Shown here piece by piece: positions 34,874 to 43,466 of a DNA stretch of 53,095 bases (positions within the stretch are counted from its first letter, which is position 1; every line of letters begins with the position of its first letter). Made by a program: the position numbers and the translations under genes. The notes under the pieces were generated by a model. The model was given only the letters and a program-made list of their open reading frames with translations. It made no database searches and was not told where the DNA came from. Source of the stretch: a virus (Duplodnaviria > Caudoviricetes); IMG/VR virus record IMGVR_UViG_3300027608_000043, positions 1-53,095 of that record; one strand, written 5' to 3'.

Positions 34874-37460
34874 GAAAGCTTATGTATTTGATTTAGAAAC
34901 CAACGGGCTTTACAATGATGTCAATGAGATCTACTGTCTTGTCATCCATGATATCAAGGGAGAACTTACTACTACTTATGGGCCTGATTCTATTGCTGCT
35001 GGTCTTGAGCATCTGGCTAAAGCTGACATTCTCATAGGGCATAACATCATCTTCTATGACATCCCAGTCATAAGAAAACTTTATCCTTTCTATACCTTTA
35101 GAGCAGCTCAGCTTATCGACACGCTCGTTTGTACCAGGCTTATATGGCCCAAGGAATTATTACTTGATGAAGACAATGAAGCTGACTATGATATACCTCC
35201 TAGGCTACGGGGCTCTGCCTCACTTAAAGCCTGGGGGTATCGTCTATTAGATAACAAAATTGAGTTCAAAGATTTCTCTGCTTACTCAGAAGAGATGGCG
35301 GCATACTGTAGACAAGACGTACAAGTAACTCACAAGCTATTCAATCATGTACAAAAACAGAACTACTCTCAGACAGCGCTTGATCTCGAGCATGCATTTG
35401 CTAGGGCAATTAACGATCAGATTATTGTGGGCTTTCCGTTTGATGTGGATAGGTCTCTTGATCTGGTTGATAACCTTAGACAAAAGAAAGAAGAGTTGGA
35501 CCAGATACTGCAACAAATGTTCCCACCCATACCAGTGGAATCCACCTTCATCCCCAAAATAAACAATGAGAAACGAGGCTTTGTTAAAGGCGTCCCCTTT
35601 ATTAGACGAACAGAACAGAAGTTTAACCCAGGATCTCGTCAGCAAATTGTGGAGCGCTTACATAATAAGTACGCTTGGGTTCCAGAGAAAACAACAGCAA
35701 AAGGAAATCCAATCGTTAATGATGATGTGCTGGAAAGCTTATCTTTTCCTGAAGCCAAAACCTTAGTTGAATACCAGCTCATTAAGAAAAGATTAGGACA
35801 GATTGCAGATGGACAGAATGCTTGGCTGAAGTTATTCAATCACGAAGACGGCAAGATGCACGGTGATGTTGTCACGAATGGTTGCATCACTGGTCGATGT
35901 GCACACAAGAATCCAAACATGGCTCAGGTCCCAGGGGTCTATAGCCCTTATGGTAAGGAATGCCGTGCTTTGTTCTATGCACCTAAAGATTATTTACTTA
36001 TGGGTGTAGATGCAAAAGCATTAGAGCTTAGATGTTTAGCAGGGTACTTAGCTCGTTGGGATAAAGGAGAATACGCTGCTCTAGTAGTAGATCCTGAGGT
36101 TGATATTCATACATACAATCAGGAAAGATTTGGTGTGAGTACCAGGGATATAAGCAAGCGTCTTCTCTATGCTTGTGTTCCTACTGATATAACAACAGTG
36201 CTTACAAAAGAAGGATGGAAAACATATGATGAATTAAAGGTTGGTCAATTAGTTTTAACTTACAACGAAGAAAAAGAAATAAAAGAATGGAAGCCTATTT
36301 TTGAAATCATACCTGAACATGAAGATGATGTTTGGCAAATGCAACATAATCATTCATTCAAAGTACAAGCTACCGCTGACCATCGGTGGTATGTAAAGAA
36401 ACGTAAACGTAATGGAAATGTATCTTGCGGTTGGAGAACAGGTAAAAATTATATGGTGTCTAAAGTTGAAACAACAACAGAAATAAATACTGAATCTAAT
36501 ATTATTGTTAATGCCCTATTAGTTGAACCTGAGTCTTTGCCAATTGACATTGATTGGAAGTGGCGAAAATATGGTACAGATTGGACTAAAGTTATTTTAC
36601 AAATGAACCAAGCCCAACGTAAAGCTTGGCTATCTGGATTCATGATTGCTGATGGATTTCAATCATGTAAACCAAATCAAAAAGAGAAATGGCATTGGAC
36701 ACAAATACGTAATGAACATTATGAAGCAGCTTTAGTTGCTTCTTATCTAGAATTTCCAGGAGTAATCCATGTTGCTAAGCCATCACTCAATGCTAGTGGT
36801 ACTACACAAATGCATGTGAGCATTGCAAATAAAGGTCATGTTACTGGACAAAAATTACAAAAGACTTATATAGGAAAGAAGAATGTATTTTGTATACGTA
36901 CAGAAAATAAATCTTTTGTTATGCGCCAAGGGGATTGTATTACCATTACAGGAAATTGTTTGTATGGTGCAGGCTCTTTAAAGATGGGAGGGATTATTGA
37001 TCCGAATGAAAAAGATGAAGCAGTTCTACGTAAACTAGGAAGTACTGCAATTAATTTATTCCTTGAAGGTGTGCCTGCACTTAAATCATTAAAGGAAGAA
37101 ATCAATTGTTACTTATCAGAACGTGATTATCTTATTGGTTTAGATCGCAGACAATTATATTGTCGTTCAGCATTCAAAGGATTGAATGTATTGTTGCAAT
37201 CTGCTGGTGCCATCCTTATGAAACAAGTTGTTATTAATCTGAATACTGCATTAGATAAACTTGGTTTGGTATATGGAGAGGACTGGATGCAGCTCGCTAT
37301 GATCCATGATGAAATCCAACTAGCTTGCTTACCAGAACATAAAGATCTGGTTATGACGCAAGCACTAGATGCTTTCCCTGCTGCTCAAAAGTTCTTTAAG
37401 TTTGCTTGCAAGATTGAAGGCGACGCTAAGATCGGTTATACTTGGGCCGACACCCACTAG
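34812..37460 (+). CDS. polA: Family A DNA polymerase (3'-5' exo + pol), intein-containing
   Basis: Exo I FDLETNG, GHNI..YD, YC.QDV; motif A DAKALELR, motif B R..SKRLLYA|CLYGAG, motif C IHDEIQ; T7-like. Confidence 0.95.
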   Translation: MTQPYQSTTYLSKTNNCLGNKKAYVFDLETNGLYNDVNEIYCLVIHDIKGELTTTYGPDSIAAGLEHLAKADILIGHNIIFYDIPVIRKLYPFYTFRAAQLIDTLVCTRLIWPKELLLDEDNEADYDIPPRLRGSASLKAWGYRLLDNKIEFKDFSAYSEEMAAYCRQDVQVTHKLFNHVQKQNYSQTALDLEHAFARAINDQIIVGFPFDVDRSLDLVDNLRQKKEELDQILQQMFPPIPVESTFIPKINNEKRGFVKGVPFIRRTEQKFNPGSRQQIVERLHNKYAWVPEKTTAKGNPIVNDDVLESLSFPEAKTLVEYQLIKKRLGQIADGQNAWLKLFNHEDGKMHGDVVTNGCITGRCAHKNPNMAQVPGVYSPYGKECRALFYAPKDYLLMGVDAKALELRCLAGYLARWDKGEYAALVVDPEVDIHTYNQERFGVSTRDISKRLLYACVPTDITTVLTKEGWKTYDELKVGQLVLTYNEEKEIKEWKPIFEIIPEHEDDVWQMQHNHSFKVQATADHRWYVKKRKRNGNVSCGWRTGKNYMVSKVETTTEINTESNIIVNALLVEPESLPIDIDWKWRKYGTDWTKVILQMNQAQRKAWLSGFMIADGFQSCKPNQKEKWHWTQIRNEHYEAALVASYLEFPGVIHVAKPSLNASGTTQMHVSIANKGHVTGQKLQKTYIGKKNVFCIRTENKSFVMRQGDCITITGNCLYGAGSLKMGGIIDPNEKDEAVLRKLGSTAINLFLEGVPALKSLKEEINCYLSERDYLIGLDRRQLYCRSAFKGLNVLLQSAGAILMKQVVINLNTALDKLGLVYGEDWMQLAMIHDEIQLACLPEHKDLVMTQALDAFPAAQKFFKFACKIEGDAKIGYTWADTH
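36174..36956 (+). mobile_element. Intein (261 aa; C1 ... GN / C+1) with a degenerate LAGLIDADG region
   Basis: CVPTDITTVLTKEGW block A, ATADHRW block B, VFCI block F, ITGN end; single WLSGFMIADG motif. Confidence 0.88.
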
Positions 37461-37465
37461 ACTTC

Positions 37466-37493
37466 CGTCCTAGGCATGACGTTAAACTGTCTT
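37466..37493 (+). ncRNA. PK-family pseudoknot leader
   Basis: CGUC/GACG and AGGCA/UGUCU. Confidence 0.78.
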
Positions 37494-37512
37494 TCACTTC
37501 ACTTCTGATCCA

Positions 37513-38301
37513 ATGAACTTCACTAGCCTTTGCGCCCAAACAACTCAAGAACCTACTGAGGTGTATACATCGGCCACTAGTACTGCTGTACGGTGTCCAT
37601 TGCTCTTGCCTCCAGTGGGTAATAAAGCTCCTACTGCAATCGAACTTACTCTCTATGGTAAGAATTCTGAACGCTTTCTTAAGACTCCTAAGAATTCACA
37701 ACTCTATGTACATGGAGCCAAGCTTAAGTACGATACAACGACACGTACTTTTTCTTTACAGGGAGGAAACATTGCTATAGTCAATACTTCTTTCCCTATC
37801 TTTAATACAGTAATCCTTAGTGGACGCTGCATCAAAGATATTGATAAAGAAGATGAGCGTAGCTTTAAAACAACTGCTGATGGTTTAATGATTGCTAATC
37901 AAACATTATTAGTTAGCTCTGGTAGAAACCAAGCAGACTTATTTAACTTTTATGCAATCAACTCAGCTGATGATAAGTTTAATCAAGCTGAACTCATGGT
38001 CAACTTTACCAGGAAAGGAACAGGTCTTACCATACAAGGTCGACTTGTTACTGATACCTGGTCAGATAAAGAAACTAAAGAACGCAAATCAAATACTAAG
38101 ATTCAACTAATCTCAATGACCTTAGGTCCTAAGCCCCAGGCTTCTGATACTCCTAGAGAATCAACAGGTACTAAAGCGCCAAGCTTATGGGGTGGTGCCA
38201 CAGTAGAAGAGATTGCTGAACCATGGGGACAGAACGTAGGTGACAATCTACCTACTCTGCCTGCTCCCTTTAGTAAGACTGAAGAGTTCCCTCCTTTTTA
38301 A
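37513..38301 (+). CDS. ssb: Single-stranded DNA-binding protein with two OB-like repeats
   Basis: NTVILSGR...KGTGLTIQGRLVTDTW.DKET.E..S and an acidic C-terminal tail ending EEFPPF. Confidence 0.8.
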   Translation: MNFTSLCAQTTQEPTEVYTSATSTAVRCPLLLPPVGNKAPTAIELTLYGKNSERFLKTPKNSQLYVHGAKLKYDTTTRTFSLQGGNIAIVNTSFPIFNTVILSGRCIKDIDKEDERSFKTTADGLMIANQTLLVSSGRNQADLFNFYAINSADDKFNQAELMVNFTRKGTGLTIQGRLVTDTWSDKETKERKSNTKIQLISMTLGPKPQASDTPRESTGTKAPSLWGGATVEEIAEPWGQNVGDNLPTLPAPFSKTEEFPPF

Positions 38302-38317
38302 TCTTCTATTAAACCTA

Positions 38318-38345
38318 CGTCCTAAGCATGACGCTAAACTGCTTA
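38318..38345 (+). ncRNA. PK-family pseudoknot leader
   Basis: CGUC/GACG and UAAGCA/UGCUUA. Confidence 0.8.
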
Positions 38346-38366
38346 CGTCCAACCTCAGCACATCTC

Positions 38367-39434
38367 ATGTCTGAAACTTTGTTCGACATCCCAACCCAAG
38401 CACCTCCTACGAAATCACTTCCGATCATGACTATGAAGAAAACTTCTGGCTCCGCTCTGGCAACACGTGGCCTTGACTCATTTAAAATATTCCAATCCAA
38501 GGAATATATTACTGGGTACCAAAACTTTGTTACTATTCAACCCTTAAACAAATCTAAAACAAGAGGTTGGTTTATACGTAACACAGACCTTGATACATGT
38601 AAATGGCATGCTACAGAAGATCAGTTTGCTAAAGGATCAGTCATCTGGAACTACAAGCAAACATTCGGAATGGCACCTAACACTTCTGTAGAGGAAGGTC
38701 TTAATTTTACTGAACCACGTATTCAGATTTTATTACGTTCACCTCTTATGGTTGAGGAAACCACAGGGATGAAACAAACGATTGGCACATTCGATAACCC
38801 TGAGGTTAAAACCAAGTGGGATAACGATAAGCTAGCTGCTGATCTAGCTAATAGTAAAGGTGAGATGTACAAACGTAAGTACAGTGTACGTACAAAGTAT
38901 CTTGTTTTTATTCTTAAAGAAGATAACCGTCGTGCCCATGATTTACCAATGGTCCTTACTCTGAAAGGATTGAACGGTACTGATGCAGCAGAGAAGATCA
39001 AGATGTATGAGAAAGAAATGTCCAAGTGTTTAAGTAAGGCACTTGATACTGAAGTACCACTAGTATTTAACGAGAAGTTTTATGCTACTACTGTATTCAC
39101 ACCTAGCTTGGTTAATGATATGCGTGGTGCTAATAACGTTGAGATATGTGCTATTGAAGGGTTTAATATCCCTGACTATGCCACACAAGAAGCAGCAGTT
39201 GAATCACTGAGTGACATGAGTATTCCTGATGAAGATCGAGAATCAACTTGGAAGTATCAAGAACTATTCCAAGATTATATTATGCAACACTCAAAACAAG
39301 ACGCAGCTAAATTAGGTGGTGCCTATGGTATCAAAGATGGTATTGAGATACTACCTGAATGTCGTATAACAGATGTAGCTGCACTACCCAGTGCAAAAGA
39401 CCCTGTTACAGGTGAGGATGATTCTCTGCTTTAA
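38367..39434 (+). CDS. Hypothetical replication/recombination-region protein
   Basis: Likely start ATG 38367 (MSETLF); follows SSB. Confidence 0.6.
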   Translation: MSETLFDIPTQAPPTKSLPIMTMKKTSGSALATRGLDSFKIFQSKEYITGYQNFVTIQPLNKSKTRGWFIRNTDLDTCKWHATEDQFAKGSVIWNYKQTFGMAPNTSVEEGLNFTEPRIQILLRSPLMVEETTGMKQTIGTFDNPEVKTKWDNDKLAADLANSKGEMYKRKYSVRTKYLVFILKEDNRRAHDLPMVLTLKGLNGTDAAEKIKMYEKEMSKCLSKALDTEVPLVFNEKFYATTVFTPSLVNDMRGANNVEICAIEGFNIPDYATQEAAVESLSDMSIPDEDRESTWKYQELFQDYIMQHSKQDAAKLGGAYGIKDGIEILPECRITDVAALPSAKDPVTGEDDSLL

Positions 39435-39691
39435 CCTTCTAGGTTAACCTCAGGATTAGCAAGCTCACTATCATCAATCTTTAAATTCTTGATAGTGAGC
39501 AATTCTTTTGCTAGTCCCTTGATAACACCTTGTCTTTGTGTACACAATCCCAACAGTAATGTTGAGTATTGTTTAAGGGTATCAACAGAAGTTGTTTCAT
39601 TTATTGCACGTTGGATTCTTTCTTTCCAAAACAGATCATCTAACCCTGGATCTAATTCTAATTTACCCAAGGGAATCAATTTGTATTCCAT
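39431..39691 (-). CDS. Hypothetical protein
   Basis: 86-aa ORF convergent with the preceding gene. Confidence 0.5.
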   Translation of the reverse strand: MEYKLIPLGKLELDPGLDDLFWKERIQRAINETTSVDTLKQYSTLLLGLCTQRQGVIKGLAKELLTIKNLKIDDSELANPEVNLEG

Positions 39692-39722
39692 AGTTTAAAC
39701 TATTTTAATTAATGTTACTACC

Positions 39723-39920
39723 ATGAATTCCAGATTGAAAGCAGCTACTAAACATGTAGCACCCTATGCAGCTATCGGTACCTTAGCTGCTCTTGCCCTA
39801 GCTAACCCTATTAGCTGGGGCATGCTTGCCTATGGTTTGTTACGTATTGGTAAGACTGCTTACGATACTGCTCCAAGGAATGCTATTATTCCTAACGAAC
39901 AGGATGACCTGTTCATCTAA
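39723..39920 (+). CDS. Small membrane protein
   Basis: 65 aa, hydrophobic. Confidence 0.55.
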   Translation: MNSRLKAATKHVAPYAAIGTLAALALANPISWGMLAYGLLRIGKTAYDTAPRNAIIPNEQDDLFI

Positions 39921-39939
39921 TCCCATCTCAACTCACCCA

Positions 39940-40908
39940 ATGAAAACTCTTATTCAAGATCAACTTAATTCCGCTCAAAAACAAATCTATTCTATTAGTA
40001 ATCTAGGAAGAGCATTCCCTGATTTCAAGGACACTGCTATTGCTGGCATCTACTTACGTGATGATTCCGTTGTTGTTGTATACCAAGATGGAGCAGAGCA
40101 GCTCTATCCTAAACAGAATGTTATTGCTGCGTACCAAGAGTTTACCTTTCGTTTAAAAGACTTCTTCTCTTACCTTGGCCCTAACTATAGGGGTCCAAGT
40201 ATGTGGCATAACAACTCTTATATTATGTTTAAGGGTTGGCATTACCATCATCAGCTAGGAGCTAAGAGTGATCAGGCTTTATTTCAAAGGGAATGGATAG
40301 ATAAATTTATTTATCTCAAAGATAAAGAAAAATTAAAAGCTTTATTGCAAGGTGAGCATACAGATCTGGGTCATCTAGTAGCACCTGATGGTTTCTTTGA
40401 ACCTGATGAAGAAGTTAACTTAAACTCTTCCTTAGAAGATACTGTTGCTAAACAAGAACAAAAGATTAAGGAACCTTATTGTTCATGTGGTTCATTCCAG
40501 CGGCAGCTACTAAACCTATCTGATTTCCAGCAGGAGATTGAAGGGTACAAGCCTCAGTGTATACATCTAACTTGGTTCAAGAAGTATCGTGATCTATTGG
40601 TAAAGCGGACTATAGTGCGTGATCAGTACAGAGGTTCTTCCCCTGATAACGCTTGTGCCTGGTGGTATGCCCCACCAGCAGACCACACATCGAAAGGTCG
40701 ATTCCTTGTGTTGTATACCAAATCTGGTTCAATGGCTCCTTTGTCCCACTGGAGGACCTATAAACCTGATGAACATTACACAGCAGATGATGTCTGGACT
40801 CTATTTGACGCTATGCTAGACGCAAGCTTTGTGCCATTCCCTGGTACAAGCCTATCCCAACTCTCTCGTAGAACCAATGGAAACACAAACGGTTGTCCAA
40901 TTGCATGA
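39940..40908 (+). CDS. SWIM zinc-finger protein
   Basis: YCSCGSF...QCIH (CxC...CxH); likely start ATG 39940. Confidence 0.65.
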   Translation: MKTLIQDQLNSAQKQIYSISNLGRAFPDFKDTAIAGIYLRDDSVVVVYQDGAEQLYPKQNVIAAYQEFTFRLKDFFSYLGPNYRGPSMWHNNSYIMFKGWHYHHQLGAKSDQALFQREWIDKFIYLKDKEKLKALLQGEHTDLGHLVAPDGFFEPDEEVNLNSSLEDTVAKQEQKIKEPYCSCGSFQRQLLNLSDFQQEIEGYKPQCIHLTWFKKYRDLLVKRTIVRDQYRGSSPDNACAWWYAPPADHTSKGRFLVLYTKSGSMAPLSHWRTYKPDEHYTADDVWTLFDAMLDASFVPFPGTSLSQLSRRTNGNTNGCPIA

Positions 40909-41143
40909 CCTTGTTGAGCAAGGTAAATTCAAAATTGAATGTTTAAATTTTAAAGAAGAAGATACAGGAACACCATCTATAAGAGTTAGCTGGGATGAAA
41001 CAGAACCAGCTCTTGATTGGTGGACAAGTAAAACAAAAGAAGAACAAGAAGCTTTTATATATAAAGTAGTAGCACACACTGCATACTCATTAGATCCAGA
41101 TAAAGATGATGAAGAAGATAGAGTGTTTGAAAGTAATCTTTAA
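40877..41143 (+). CDS. Hypothetical protein
   Basis: Likely start ATG 40877; 'I.VSWDETEP...W' motif. Confidence 0.55.
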   Translation: METQTVVQLHDLVEQGKFKIECLNFKEEDTGTPSIRVSWDETEPALDWWTSKTKEEQEAFIYKVVAHTAYSLDPDKDDEEDRVFESNL

Positions 41144-41148
41144 TTTAC

Positions 41149-41176
41149 CGTCCTGAGTATGACGTAAAACTACTCA
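41149..41176 (+). ncRNA. PK-family pseudoknot leader
   Basis: CGUCCUGAGUAUGACGUAAAACUACUCA. Confidence 0.8.
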
Positions 41177-41198
41177 TCAATTCCATCTCTTTATTATC

Positions 41199-41327
41199 AT
41201 GTTTGAATTCTTTTCTTCTGTTGTTTTGCCTTGCGTTTCTAGTATTGCAAAAGATTTGTTGTTTGCACTTAGTGCAATAGCAATCACTTGGATATTGAAT
41301 AAGATCAAGATGCAATTTGCATCATGA
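41199..41327 (+). CDS. Small membrane protein (42 aa, MFEFFSSVVLP...)
   Basis: Translated by hand; ATG lies 22 nt after a PK element, the family spacing. Confidence 0.55.
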   Translation: MFEFFSSVVLPCVSSIAKDLLFALSAIAITWILNKIKMQFAS

Positions 41328-41400
41328 ATTACATAGTTGCTTTCTGTTTAATCCTTATTGTTTGTTTTACTATTGATCACTTTATTACCAAACTATTCAA

Positions 41401-42111
41401 ATGACTACAACAACTCAAATCACTGCAACTAATCTTGCAGATCTAAACGTTCTTAAATTGTATGAACACTATCAGATCCTTGAACGCAGCATGCCTTTGC
41501 TTACACCAGAATCTCAGGCTATCTGTAAAGCAGAACTAGAACAGACTGTTGCTTTACGTTCAGACAAAATTGATCGCATCTACTATGCACTTGCTGCCCA
41601 TGAAGATGCTATCGAACGTGTCAAGAAAGAGCAGGACCTACTTGCTGCAGCTAAGAAACACCATGAGACCAACCTTGCTGGCCTCAAAGGATTACTTAAT
41701 TGGATTCGTAGGTCAGGTGTCATCAAAGAAAACAAAATCACAGGGCGTAACTATGAGTTTGTTCTTGTGCGTAAACCTGTTCTTACAGTTACTATTTCTA
41801 GTGATATAGCTGATTGGACAGAAGAGGAACGTCAAAAGTTTTGTGTATTACAAGAAGTCACTACAACAAAACAAACCGTGTTACGATCCATGAGTGGGGA
41901 GGTCCTCGAAGAGAAGACCGACCCTAAAACTAAAACTGAAACCCTACCTAACCTTGATGAACTCCGCAATGCTTACCAAACCGGACAAGCTATCCCCAGT
42001 GGAATCAAAATTGTCCAGGACTATTCCATCCGTCCCAAAAGATTGCTTACCACTAAACGGTTGGACACTGAAACATCCGAATATAACGGAGAGTTTCTAT
42101 TACAAGATTGA
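41401..42111 (+). CDS. Gp157/Gam-like coiled-coil protein
   Basis: 'K.DRI.Y.L...E..IER.K.E...L...KK' coiled coil and C-terminal 'G..IP.G' typical of siphovirus Gp157. Confidence 0.6.
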   Translation: MTTTTQITATNLADLNVLKLYEHYQILERSMPLLTPESQAICKAELEQTVALRSDKIDRIYYALAAHEDAIERVKKEQDLLAAAKKHHETNLAGLKGLLNWIRRSGVIKENKITGRNYEFVLVRKPVLTVTISSDIADWTEEERQKFCVLQEVTTTKQTVLRSMSGEVLEEKTDPKTKTETLPNLDELRNAYQTGQAIPSGIKIVQDYSIRPKRLLTTKRLDTETSEYNGEFLLQD

Positions 42112-42361
42112 TCCTCCTACCGATATAGAAGATGCGCATGTACGTATGTCATGCCATAACCATGCAGCAGAAGACTTCAGTATTCAAATTGAGATGAATG
42201 ATATCAGTCGTTCGCTCATGCCAGAAGATGATGTCTTGCCGTACCAGGAAGAAGAGTTTGAAGAGATGGAGAATAAAAGACTTAAGCTATTGGCAGGTAA
42301 ACGGTTTCATCTAACAGCAGCCAGAGCCTATTGGTACTACGGTATTAAGTCAGATAAGTAA
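41957..42361 (+). CDS. Hypothetical protein (start uncertain, overlaps upstream gene)
   Basis: ORF 41894-42361; the acidic C-terminal two-thirds look coding. Confidence 0.5.
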   Translation: MNSAMLTKPDKLSPVESKLSRTIPSVPKDCLPLNGWTLKHPNITESFYYKIDPPTDIEDAHVRMSCHNHAAEDFSIQIEMNDISRSLMPEDDVLPYQEEEFEEMENKRLKLLAGKRFHLTAARAYWYYGIKSDK

Positions 42362-42391
42362 TGCTACAGTGAAGATAACGGCTAAGATATT

Positions 42392-42652
42392 GTGGATTCT
42401 CAACAACTATATCAATTGTTAGAGTCATTCACAAATGGTGGTACACCTTTACCTGCTTTGATTGGTACCAAGCAAGAGATGAGGGTAACCATACTAGTGG
42501 CTGCCCTCATTTCAAATGATTCAGTATGTTCTAATTCAGAACCTGCCGAGTTAGTAGATGCAGCAATTGCTTATAACAATCTAATAGAAGAACGATTGGG
42601 TGTGTACCAGCAGCAACAAGTCCATACATTAGAACGTTTACTGGAGGGGTAA
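42392..42652 (+). CDS. Hypothetical protein
   Basis: 86-aa ORF. Confidence 0.6.
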   Translation: MDSQQLYQLLESFTNGGTPLPALIGTKQEMRVTILVAALISNDSVCSNSEPAELVDAAIAYNNLIEERLGVYQQQQVHTLERLLEG

Positions 42653-42876
42653 TGGGACGTTGGCTTTCTACTTCTGTTCTTATTGTTGTTGTTACAATTT
42701 CAACAGTATCAGTAGCTGATTGGGCAGCTTGTATGTTCTATCTTTTACCACAGGCAGGAGCAAATGAAAATACAACAAGTGTATGTAAAGCGCCGGGAGA
42801 GAGGGCTGCTGGTACTTTGTCAGCCTTGCTTGCTACTTTACTAGGGCTTGGTGTCACACCACCAAAAGAACGTTAG
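42652..42876 (+). CDS. Small two-TM membrane protein
   Basis: Two hydrophobic segments flanking a Cys pair; TAATG coupled. Confidence 0.55.
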   Translation: MGRWLSTSVLIVVVTISTVSVADWAACMFYLLPQAGANENTTSVCKAPGERAAGTLSALLATLLGLGVTPPKER

Positions 42877-42902
42877 ACTGTGCAGGTACCCTCATCGATA
42901 AG

Positions 42903-43106
42903 ATGAAAACTGAATTGAAGCCTATTGTCCGCATTTCATATGCGGTAGATCTTGAAGTATGTTATGATCCGTTTAAGGGAAATACCCCTGAAAAGATAGC
43001 AGACTTAATAGAAGATCAGATGCATGTCTTATTGATGGAAGCTTCTCCTGATGTACTAGGTATCCACACCAGCATTATCGATGTGAATACCAATGATCTA
43101 TTCTGA
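42903..43106 (+). CDS. Hypothetical protein
   Basis: 67-aa ORF. Confidence 0.55.
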   Translation: MKTELKPIVRISYAVDLEVCYDPFKGNTPEKIADLIEDQMHVLLMEASPDVLGIHTSIIDVNTNDLF

Positions 43107-43347
43107 TCCCATAAAAGAACAGCAGAAGGCTGATTTCATGGAGCATCTCTACGAGGTATACCAGCCTGCTAATCATTTGTATACTGGTTTATGGGAACGC
43201 TTCAAGGGAGAAGCTGCTGAACATTGTCGTAATGAATACTTTGCAAAGTTACAATTCATTAAGGATTTTCAATTGGATGTAGCCCTTAGACAGGTAGCAG
43301 AACAACTTGTAGAAGAAGAAGATGCTATAACTGAATCCAATCAGTAA
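43093..43347 (+). CDS. Hypothetical protein
   Basis: 'EQQKADFMEHLY...YTGLW' cyanophage-type motif. Confidence 0.6.
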   Translation: MIYSDPIKEQQKADFMEHLYEVYQPANHLYTGLWERFKGEAAEHCRNEYFAKLQFIKDFQLDVALRQVAEQLVEEEDAITESNQ

Positions 43348-43466
43348 CTATGTCGTGGAATCCACACAAAACCTAAAGTCTATTAACCTGTTAGATCGTG
43401 AGTATTTGCGCTATGTTAAAGAAGTACAAGACCCTTCTTGGTTAGAAGGTTACCATCAAGCTATCC

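Noticed and set aside
38125-38137. GGTCCTAAGCCCC resembling the twister P4 loop
   Set aside because: Inside the SSB coding frame (GPKP), with no other twister elements nearby
27851-41176. PK repeats as a CRISPR array
   Set aside because: Copies are separated by whole genes (0.5-4 kb), not 30-40 nt spacers; no cas operon is present
27843-41201. Stop codon, 5-7 nt, then pseudoknot as a readthrough signal (MuLV-like)
   Set aside because: Stop-to-next-ATG gaps are 52, 55, 55, 56, 56, 57, 60, 65 and 67 nt, so no common reading frame is kept; spacing to the downstream ATG is the tighter constant
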